From the NCBI GenBank assembly GCA_037444665.1, contig JBBILZ010000008.1, positions 1 through 54,578 of the forward strand: DNA of 54,578 nucleotides. Direction: 5' to 3'. Of this stretch, positions 9,085-17,426 are shown piece after piece. How positions within the stretch are numbered: the stretch's first letter is position 1; each line of letters begins with the position of its first letter. The DNA is from a candidate division WOR-3 bacterium (lineage in GTDB: Bacteria > Hydrothermota > Tepidihabitantia > SM23-42 > JAOAFX01). The notes under the pieces were generated by a model. That model searched no databases, had not been told where the DNA came from, and was given only the letters and a program-made list of their open reading frames with translations. The translations under genes and the position numbers were made by a program.

Positions 9085-11877
9085 GTGATGCGCATTACTT
9101 TTTTGGGTATTATGATAATATCGCTGAGCCTTGCTGCTGAGATGGGAAGAATTCAGGGCAGGGTAATAGATAATACGAATGGCGAAATATTGATCGGGGT
9201 GAATGTGATAATAGAAGGGACTGAACTCGGAGCATCTACAGATGAAAATGGTTTCTATGTAATCCCTTTTGTGCCTGTGGGGACTCACGAGATTACTGCT
9301 TCTTATATCGGATATAATTCAGTTACAAAAAAGAACATAACTGTTACGAGCAATCAGACAACAAATGTTGATTTCAAACTTTCACCCGGTGCAATAATTC
9401 TTGAACCCATAGTGGTCGTTGAAGAAAAACCGATAGTGATCAGAACTCAGACTCAGACCACCCATACTTCAACTGCGGATGAGATTAAAAAATTGCCCAT
9501 CAGCGAAATTAATCAGATAATAACACTTCAGGCAGGTGTATCAAGTAGCACTCAGGGAACACATATCCGTGGTGGCAGGGCTACAGAGATTGCATACTAT
9601 GTTGACGGAGTGCTTGCCAAAGCACCCCATTATGGCCAGCAGTCAGTTCAGATCAACAAAGAAGCAGTAGAAGAGATTGGAGTTATTACTGGTGGATTTG
9701 ATGCTGAATATGGTGAGGCATTATCTGGAGTTGTAAATATTGTTACACGGGAAGGAAGTGATAAAACCAGCGGCAATCTGGTCTATACCACAGATGAGAT
9801 TTTTAGTTCGGATAAATTGAATTTTGGTTACAACAAATATGAATTGAGTATTGGTGGCGGTGTGCTTTCAAAATCAAGGCTACGCTATTTTATTTCTGGA
9901 GAATCATATCTTACTGATGCCCATCAGCAGGCAAAGTATAAGATTCCTTCACCGCGGTTTGATTATAAAGCACAGGCTAAATTGTCTTACCGGTTACCCA
10001 ATGCCAAAGGTAAATTAATTTTGTCAGGATTTTATCAACGAGAAATGTATCAATACTACAGTGATATCTGGGGTGAATTGAGTATGATCTACAATCTTGA
10101 CCGTCGCGCAGCAGAATTGAGAAAAGGATATCTGGGTAGTTTAACATTTAACTATATGCCTACTACTAAGTCAATAATTGAAGCAAAATTAGGATACACA
10201 AAAAATACACGATTTTACGCAGTAAGGGACCTAGAAGAAGAAAAAAGACAGGGTCGGAAATGGTACGAGGACTATATATTTAAAGCAAACCATTTTCCCG
10301 AGTTGTTGCTGGAAGTTCCTGATACCCTTATAAAAACATATTTGATTGATTCACTCGCCCTTCCTGATATGCCCTACCATTATGAGGAATTTTCCCGAAC
10401 TAACGCGGCAAGTCTACGAAAGAATCCTTATGGTGCAACAGGTTTTTATTATACTGTTGGAGATGATAGAATGTGGCGTTACTTTTTTAATCGCGATTAC
10501 CAGTTAAACCTCTCGTTTACTGATGCGATTGGCGAGGTCCATGAATTTAAAACAGGCGCGAATATTATTTTCCAGAATGTAGGATGGTTTGATAATAATT
10601 TACCATTTTATCTGACTCCGTTCTGGGATAGATATAATAAAAATCCGATCAAAGGTGCGGTATATGTTCAGGACCGGATGGACTTTGAAGGTATTATCAC
10701 AAGACTCGGTTTGAGATTGGACTATTTTGATTCTAAGGCAAGTGGTTTGAAGAATCCTACTGATATAACAGATTCCACAGTTATTAAAACACCTCCTAAA
10801 ATTAGACTCTCACCCCGACTCGGTTTTTCCTTACCAATAACTGAACGTTCAAAATTCCGTTTTAACTATGGACATTTTTATCAAACTCCTACAGCCCATG
10901 ATTTATATCGTTCTACTGAACCAGAAGTCATCTGGCTCTTATTAAGGCGTTATAATTCAGTTGTTGGGAATCCTAACTTGACCGTGGAAAAGACCGTTTC
11001 CTATGAAATGGGTTATGAGAATCAGCTTTCCGATATCTTTGCACTGGGCTTTATTGCATATTACAAAGATATTCATGATTTAATCCAGACGCAGAAGATA
11101 GATGTCCTGCCTTATGCCTATTATCAGGTGAGAAATCTTGATTATGGAAATGTGAAAGGTATAGAACTGACTCTAAAGAAGATGATGACAAATTACTGGT
11201 CATTTGATGTATCTTATACCATGCAATTTGCTAAAGGTACTGCGTCTTCAGCCTGGCAGAATTATTATAATATCTATCTTGAAGACCCTGACCCGATCAC
11301 TGGAGATTATCCAATCCCGAAAATAGACTACTGGTTAGATTTTGATGAACGGCATATTGTAAATGCTACACTGGGGATTGAAATGCCTGATAACTTTATT
11401 ATTCTACCTTTGCGTAATTTGACCAGTGATTTTATCTTTTCCTATCACTCGGGTTTTCCTTATACTCCAACCGACTTTAAAGGTAATAAACTCGGCGACG
11501 ATAATTCAGCAAGAATGCCCGGGTATATTAATGTTGATGCCAACATCACAAAGAGGATAACAATAAGTAAACTGAAGTTTGCCCTTTTTGCGAATATATA
11601 TAATTTATTCAATACGGAGCAAATTATTTCGGTTTACAGCACAACTGGTGAACCAGATGATGATGGCCAGACCATTACAGTTAAAGTAGACCAGTTTTCA
11701 AATATTTCACTGACGAGTGCATACTACAGTCCGCAGGCAGATTACAATCACGATGGCATTAACAATCCCTGGGAACTGCGCAGCGAATACATTAAGGCGC
11801 GAAGCTTCTATTACAATAATCCACTTCACTGGTACCCTGGTTTCAGAATGAGGGTGGGTTTTGGATTGAGTTTCTAA
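9085..11877 (+). CDS. TonB-dependent receptor with N-terminal carboxypeptidase-regulatory-like domain
   Basis: Signal peptide, GASTDENGFY, plug motif HIRGGR...YYVDG...GGFDAEYG.ALSGVVNIVT, beta-barrel, terminal Phe; SD AAGGAGG. Confidence 0.9.
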   Translation: MMRITFLGIMIISLSLAAEMGRIQGRVIDNTNGEILIGVNVIIEGTELGASTDENGFYVIPFVPVGTHEITASYIGYNSVTKKNITVTSNQTTNVDFKLSPGAIILEPIVVVEEKPIVIRTQTQTTHTSTADEIKKLPISEINQIITLQAGVSSSTQGTHIRGGRATEIAYYVDGVLAKAPHYGQQSVQINKEAVEEIGVITGGFDAEYGEALSGVVNIVTREGSDKTSGNLVYTTDEIFSSDKLNFGYNKYELSIGGGVLSKSRLRYFISGESYLTDAHQQAKYKIPSPRFDYKAQAKLSYRLPNAKGKLILSGFYQREMYQYYSDIWGELSMIYNLDRRAAELRKGYLGSLTFNYMPTTKSIIEAKLGYTKNTRFYAVRDLEEEKRQGRKWYEDYIFKANHFPELLLEVPDTLIKTYLIDSLALPDMPYHYEEFSRTNAASLRKNPYGATGFYYTVGDDRMWRYFFNRDYQLNLSFTDAIGEVHEFKTGANIIFQNVGWFDNNLPFYLTPFWDRYNKNPIKGAVYVQDRMDFEGIITRLGLRLDYFDSKASGLKNPTDITDSTVIKTPPKIRLSPRLGFSLPITERSKFRFNYGHFYQTPTAHDLYRSTEPEVIWLLLRRYNSVVGNPNLTVEKTVSYEMGYENQLSDIFALGFIAYYKDIHDLIQTQKIDVLPYAYYQVRNLDYGNVKGIELTLKKMMTNYWSFDVSYTMQFAKGTASSAWQNYYNIYLEDPDPITGDYPIPKIDYWLDFDERHIVNATLGIEMPDNFIILPLRNLTSDFIFSYHSGFPYTPTDFKGNKLGDDNSARMPGYINVDANITKRITISKLKFALFANIYNLFNTEQIISVYSTTGEPDDDGQTITVKVDQFSNISLTSAYYSPQADYNHDGINNPWELRSEYIKARSFYYNNPLHWYPGFRMRVGFGLSF

Positions 11878-11926
11878 GCGATTTTTTGTAATCTTGACAT
11901 CGTAAATCATTCGGCTAAAATAAGTG

Positions 11927-12181
11927 ATGAAGATTATTTGTCGTTGTGAAGATATTACTGAGGAAGAGATTGTCCAGAAGATAAAGGAAGGCTATACCTC
12001 AATTGATGAATTGAAAAGGGTTCTGCGCGTGACAATGGGGCTGTGTCAGGGTAAAGGATGCAGACGGCACATTGCCCGAATTCTCTCCCGTGAACTGGGA
12101 ATAGGGATTGAAAAAATAAAGCAACCTACTTATCGGCCACCTACGAAGCCTGTGCCAATAAAGGCGACGATAAAAAAATAA
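11927..12181 (+). CDS. BFD-like [2Fe-2S] protein (sarcosine/proline dehydrogenase small subunit-like)
   Basis: ICRCEDIT...ELKR..R.TMGLCQGKGC...RPP..PV. Confidence 0.8.
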   Translation: MKIICRCEDITEEEIVQKIKEGYTSIDELKRVLRVTMGLCQGKGCRRHIARILSRELGIGIEKIKQPTYRPPTKPVPIKATIKK

Positions 12182-12271
12182 TCAATTCGTTTATTCCCTG
12201 AAGAATTAAAGATGAAACATAAATGGAGCGTGAAATTTTAAAAATTGTCAAAAAATACATTAAAGATAACT

Positions 12272-12456
12272 GTAATAGGTTGGCTATTATAGAAAATGGG
12301 ATTAAATCAGTGTAGTTGCCCAATTTCCCGAAGGGACTCTCGTCCCATCGGGACGGAGCATTGGGCTCCTTTTGGCACAATAATCCATCTTAGAGGAGAT
12401 TATTGCAATGCTTGATAAATCAAGCAACTACAATTTAAGGGAGGATAAACTATTAT
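12272..12456. mobile_element. MITE-like element, family A copy 2, with an extra 33-bp hairpin insert
   Basis: Colinear with 1838-1989; ends GTAATAG / CTATTAT; flanks AGATAACT / AAATAAAT (6/8 match). Confidence 0.7.
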
Positions 12457-12465
12457 AAATAAATT

Positions 12466-13136
12466 ATGGATGATATAATTAATATTCTGGATTTAGGGAA
12501 AAGAGATTACAAAGAGGTTTGGGATATGCAGAAAGAACTCCACCTTAAAAGGGTGAATGGTCAGATTCCGAATACACTTATTCTTGTTGAACATAACCCG
12601 GTGGTGACATTAGGAAAGTCTGGTAAGACTGAAAATATTAAAATTCCCATTCAGCTATTAAAGGAAAGAGGTATTGATTTTTATCATATTGAGCGTGGGG
12701 GAGATGTGACATTCCATGGACACGGGCAGCTCGTCGGTTATCCAATTTTTGATATCAAACAGGGATTAATAGGGATTAAACGATTAATTGATATGATTGA
12801 GGATGCTATTATTGGTGTGCTTGCTGATTTTGATATCAAAGCAGAAAAAAGAGAACATCTGAACATCTGATTGGTGTATGGACAGAGATGGGTAAGGTCT
12901 GTTCTATTGGTGTTGCAGTGAAACGCTGGGTAAGTTTCCATGGTTTTGCACTCAATGTCAACATTGATTTAAGGTATTTTGATTTGATCAATCCATGTGG
13001 ATTCAAAGATATAAAAATGGCTTCAATGCAAAAAATTATTGGGCACGAAGTCCCAATGGATGATGTAAAAATGAGCACAATCAAAAATTTCAAATTAGTT
13101 TTTTCAAAGTGTAGTTTAGCAGATAAAAGAGTTTAA
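12466..13136 (+). pseudogene. lipB: Octanoyltransferase LipB, frameshifted by an 8-bp tandem duplication (possible assembly error)
   Basis: LVEHNPVVTLGK, RGGDVTFHG, KVCSIG, HGFALNV, INPCG; GAACATCT twice at 12853-12868, removal gives REHLIGVWTEMGKV. Confidence 0.85.
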
Positions 13137-13148
13137 TTCTGAACTTTG

Positions 13149-13176
13149 TTGACAAGTCTATTTTTTTCACTATAAT
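13149..13176 (+). promoter_or_regulatory. Consensus sigma70 promoter, likely leaderless glnA transcript
   Basis: TTGACA-16-TATAAT, 7 nt before ATG 13184, no SD. Confidence 0.7.
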
Positions 13177-13183
13177 ATAAGCA

Positions 13184-14532
13184 ATGAAACAGAAAAATAT
13201 TGTTGTTTTAAAAAAAAGATTGATGAAGCAAGGGGTAAAATTTATTGACCTTAAATATTGCACGCTTATTGGGACCTTAAATCATATAACGATTCCTTTG
13301 GAAAGATTTGACAATATCATTACTGAGGGGGTGGGTGTTGATGGTTCAAGTTTACCCGGTTATAAGGGTGTGCAAAAAGGTGATATGCTACTATTTCCTG
13401 ACCCTAGCACTGGTTTTATTGACCCATTCCTTGAACATAAAACAATCTCTTTTTTGTGCAGTGTTTATTTGCCTGATAATTTGAAACCCTATGAAAGAGA
13501 TTCAAGAAATATTGCCCGGAAAGCGGCTGATTATTTAAAAAAGGTGTTAAATGCTACTGCATTTTTTCAGCCTGAATTGGAGTTCTATCTCTTTGATAAG
13601 TGTGTTTATGGTGAAGGCGCTGGTTATAGCTATTATCGGATAGAACAAGATGACCCAGAAAATGCAGTGCATTATCCTATCAGATTTAAAGGTGGTTATC
13701 ATATTGGTCCACCTGAAGACCATTCAGTAAATTTGCGTAATGAAATGGTACAGTTACTCTCATTATGCGGGATAAAAGCAAAATACCATCATCATGAAGT
13801 CGGTCAAGGGCAAGGGGTCAAATGGAAATTGAACTGTTATTAGAACCATTGGTCAGGTCAGCAGATAATATATTTTTGGCAAAGTATCTCTTAAAGTCAT
13901 TCGCCCGTAAGCATAATAAATGGCTGACATTTATGCCCAAGCCTTTTTTAGGCGAACCAGGCAATGGTCTGCATCTGCACCAATATTTAAAAAACAAGGG
14001 TCGTTCACTATTTTATGATTCCAAAAACAAAAATAATTTGAGTGAGTTATGCCTTAAATATATTGGAGGTATTCTTTATCATTCCCGTGCCCTGTGCGCA
14101 TTTACAAATCCAAGCACAAATTCCTATAAGCGATTAATTCCTGGTTTTGAGGCGCCAACCTATACTGATTTTGCGCTGGGTAGCAGAACTTCTGCGATTC
14201 GTGTTCCTGCATACATAAGGAACAAAGAAGAGCTTGATATTGAATATCGGATTCCTGATGCTACCTGTAATCCTTATCTCGCATTGAGTGCAATACTGCT
14301 GGCAGGTCTGGATGGTATTGCGCAGAATATAAGACCTGATACAAAAGAAAGGTTGCCCACAAATTCCTATGAGGCAGTCAATGCCCTTAAGCAGGACCAT
14401 AAGTTCCTGTTAAGGGGCGATGTATTCAATATTGATTTGATTGAGCGCTGGATTGAAGTGAAGACCAAGGAATTTGAAGAGGTTCATCTGCGGCCCCATC
14501 CATATGAATTCAATCTATATCTGGGTGTATGA
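13184..14532 (+). pseudogene. glnA: Type I glutamine synthetase, frameshifted near 13805-13816 (possible assembly error)
   Basis: DGSS, ELEFYLF, HHEVG/GQMEI, TFMPKP, GNGLHLH, NSYKRL.PGFEAP, EYRIPD; frame break at CAAGGGCAAGGG. Confidence 0.85.
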
Positions 14533-15536
14533 AGGATAAAATTAATATCGGTATTGTGGGATGTGGAGCCCATGCGCAGATTGCGCACCTCCCAATCTTT
14601 AAAAAGAATACAGATTGCAATCTTATTGCAATCTGTGATACAGATTTTCGCAAACTTGATTATCTCGGGACAAAATACAGTATTACCAAAAAGTATCAGG
14701 ATTTTCAGGAGATATTGAAGGACAAAGATATAGATGCATTAGTTATTTCAACGCCGAATTACCTCCATGCACCGATGACCATTTCTGCCCTGCAGTTTGG
14801 CAAGGATGTACTTTGTGAAAATCCGATGGCGATAAATTACAGGGAGGCACAGGAGGTTGCAAGGGTAGTCAGACAGACCAAAAGAAAACTCGGAATTGCT
14901 CTTACTAATAGATTCCGTCCGGATGTGCAGACATTAAAGAAATTTATTAAAGAAGGTGAATTGGGTGAGGTCTATTATTTAAAGGCGGGTTGGTTAATAG
15001 GAACCAAAGAATGGGTTTTGCCTGATTGGCGTATGGATATTTTTCAAAGCGGGGGAGGGGCATTTTTGGCTTTAGGTACACAGGTGATTGCCATTGCGTC
15101 ATATTTTCTTGAAGATAAGGAACCTGATACCATTTTAGCCTGGATACATAAAAAAGAGGCAGAATCAAGTGTTGAAGACACTGCGATGTGCACCATAAAC
15201 TTTAAAGATGGAACCCTGATGACAATTGAGGTTGGCTGGTCTTTACTCTTTGAAAAGGATTTTTTATACTGTAATGTTTTTGGCAACAAAGGTGCCGCAC
15301 TTTTGAATCCATTGAAAATCAATAAAGAGTTGCATAATGAACTGGTAAATGTGACACCATCAATTGTTCCAAAAAACCTTTATAAAATTGCCTGTGAGCT
15401 CCAGGCACAATTCTTTATTGAGGCATTAAAGAAAAATACACGACCACCATTTACTGCTGAAGATGGATTATTGATCGCCCGTATCACAGATGCTTTTTAT
15501 GAATCCGCAAAAAGGCAGAAGATGGTAAAAATTTAA
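14529..15536 (+). CDS. Gfo/Idh/MocA family oxidoreductase
   Basis: IGIVGCG, ISTPNYLH, VLCENPMA, GELGEVY, SGGGA. Confidence 0.85.
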   Translation: MKDKINIGIVGCGAHAQIAHLPIFKKNTDCNLIAICDTDFRKLDYLGTKYSITKKYQDFQEILKDKDIDALVISTPNYLHAPMTISALQFGKDVLCENPMAINYREAQEVARVVRQTKRKLGIALTNRFRPDVQTLKKFIKEGELGEVYYLKAGWLIGTKEWVLPDWRMDIFQSGGGAFLALGTQVIAIASYFLEDKEPDTILAWIHKKEAESSVEDTAMCTINFKDGTLMTIEVGWSLLFEKDFLYCNVFGNKGAALLNPLKINKELHNELVNVTPSIVPKNLYKIACELQAQFFIEALKKNTRPPFTAEDGLLIARITDAFYESAKRQKMVKI

Positions 15537-15546
15537 AAAATGAGAA

Positions 15547-17010
15547 ATGGCGCACCTGTTATTGATTCTTCTTTCTGCCCTTTTAATGTCTCTTTCTTTC
15601 CACCCCATAGGACTCCATTTTTTTGCTTGGTTTGGCTTAATTCCTGTTTTTTTTGTAATCTATGAAGCTAAATTAATCAAATCTTTTTTTACCGGCATAT
15701 TATTCGGTTTTTTCTTTTCACTCTTTTCTCTGTTCTGGATTGTTTTTTTGCAGATTGAGACTAATATCAAAATTTTGATGCTCTTTGGTATGGTATTGAT
15801 GTTTTTGTATATTGGATTGTATTATGGTGCTGGTTTTCTATTGGGGCGGTTGTGTGGTTTCTGGAGTCTGCCATTCATCCTTACAGGCTTTGAATATTTA
15901 AAAGGGCTTGGTGAACTCGGTTTTCCCTGGCTCAGTTTTGGTTATTCACAGGCACGGTATCCAATAGTTATACAACAGGCATCAATCTATGGAGTTTATG
16001 GAATTTCATTCTGGTTGGTTTTAATCAATGTTCTATTTTTTTATTTTCTTAGGGGCAAAAATTTTAAAAATTTTGTTTTGTTCTTGAGCATATTTTTCCT
16101 GCCGGTTATTTTTGGGTTTTATAGACTTGGTAATATTAAATCTTCTCAAGAAATTTTCACAATCGGCATTGTCCAGCCCAATATTGACCCGAATTTGAAA
16201 TTCACACCAGAAATGAGATATGAAACATTTAATCGATTAATTAAACTTTCAGAAGAATGTCATAAAGCATCTCAGGATAAGCCACTTGATTTAATCATCT
16301 GGCCAGAAACTGCTACGCCGATTTTTTTGAAGATACCCGGTGAATATCAGAATAAGGTTTTGCAATTATCAGATAGACTCAATGTGCCAATCTTTACTGG
16401 CACACCCATTTATGACCGTAATAAACACGAGATCTATAATGGCGCAGTTTTGATTGAACCAGAAAAGGGCATTACACAGGAGTATAAAAAATTACACCTT
16501 GTTCCATTTGGAGAACATATCCCATTTGACCGATATATTCCATTATTCAGGAAAATAGAATTTGGAGAAGGGGATTATTCACCTGGGACTGAGTATACAG
16601 TCTTTACTACAAAGCAGATAAAATTTTCCTGCCTGATATGTTTTGAGTCAATATTTCCTGAAATTTCAAGGAAGTTTGTCAGACTCGGTGCAAAGATGCT
16701 TGTAAATATTACTAATGATGGCTGGTTCGGAAAGATATCAGGCCCTCAACAACATAATGATATGGCAATATTGCGGACAGTAGAGAATGGAGTGCCACTT
16801 TCCAGATGTTCAAATACTGGTATTTCAATGGTGGTTGACCAGTATGGTAGAGTTATTATAGAGACAGGGCTATTTGAAGAAAATATTATTGTCAGCACAA
16901 TCAATTTATATAAAACTAAGACAATGTATAATTTACTGGGTGATTTACTGCCCATTATAGCATTGATCGCAATCCCTGTTATAATATTTTTAAAGTTATA
17001 TAGTTTCTGA
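15547..17010 (+). CDS. lnt: Apolipoprotein N-acyltransferase
   Basis: GFPW, VQPNI, WPETA, KLHLVPFGE, ICFESIF, NITNDGWFG, NTGIS. Confidence 0.95.
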   Translation: MAHLLLILLSALLMSLSFHPIGLHFFAWFGLIPVFFVIYEAKLIKSFFTGILFGFFFSLFSLFWIVFLQIETNIKILMLFGMVLMFLYIGLYYGAGFLLGRLCGFWSLPFILTGFEYLKGLGELGFPWLSFGYSQARYPIVIQQASIYGVYGISFWLVLINVLFFYFLRGKNFKNFVLFLSIFFLPVIFGFYRLGNIKSSQEIFTIGIVQPNIDPNLKFTPEMRYETFNRLIKLSEECHKASQDKPLDLIIWPETATPIFLKIPGEYQNKVLQLSDRLNVPIFTGTPIYDRNKHEIYNGAVLIEPEKGITQEYKKLHLVPFGEHIPFDRYIPLFRKIEFGEGDYSPGTEYTVFTTKQIKFSCLICFESIFPEISRKFVRLGAKMLVNITNDGWFGKISGPQQHNDMAILRTVENGVPLSRCSNTGISMVVDQYGRVIIETGLFEENIIVSTINLYKTKTMYNLLGDLLPIIALIAIPVIIFLKLYSF

Positions 17011-17247
17011 GTCATCTCCACTTTTCAGGTTTTTCGTTTGTTTCTGCCAATAATAAAATTATTTTCTGTATGCAATTGTAGTTACCCGATTTATCAGACA
17101 TTATTGTTTCCTCTTTCTTGCAATTGTAGTTGCCCGATTTATCGGGCATAGAAAAATTTCTATTTTACAAAAAAAAAGCCTCATAAATGAGGCAACTACA
17201 AAAATTTTAAAAATATTAAACAGAGAGCAAAAGTGGAGAAGATTCAG
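17007..17247. mobile_element. MITE-like element, family B full copy, with three REP hairpins
   Basis: 19-bp TIRs CTGAGTCATCTCCACTTTT / AAAAGTGGAGAAGATTCAG (17/19); REPs at 17077, 17125 (+) and 17178-17200 (-). Confidence 0.65.
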
Positions 17248-17426
17248 CCAAATTTTCCCCTTGACAATTTTGAAGTTTTAGTTAATATATATATATATGT
17301 TCTAAAAACAGGGTCGTAAGAGATGTACAAGACTTAAGTCTGAAAGGAGGTGGTGCAGAAATAAAAAATATAGGAATAAAAATCTGTAAAAAAAGTAAGC
17401 AGGGGAATTAATAGAAAGGAGCATAT

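Noticed and set aside
8781..9288. ORFs 8781-9071 (+) and 8863-9288 (-)
   Set aside because: They overlap tRNA-Gly, its promoters and neighbouring genes; translations are tRNA-derived
12141..12380. 79-aa minus-strand ORF
   Set aside because: Built from the repeat element and antisense intergenic DNA; no protein motif
12373..12390. Second sigma54 promoter (TGGCAC)
   Set aside because: No TTGC at the -12 position; lies at the junction of a hairpin insert
1877..12432. Palindromic repeats with 33-bp inserts as a CRISPR array
   Set aside because: Copies are dispersed and inverted, not direct repeats with unique spacers; the same insert occurs in both copies; no cas genes
5094..13824. Programmed ribosomal frameshifting in rqcH, lipB or glnA
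   Set aside because: Breaks coincide with duplicated sequence rather than slippery heptamers with stimulatory structure
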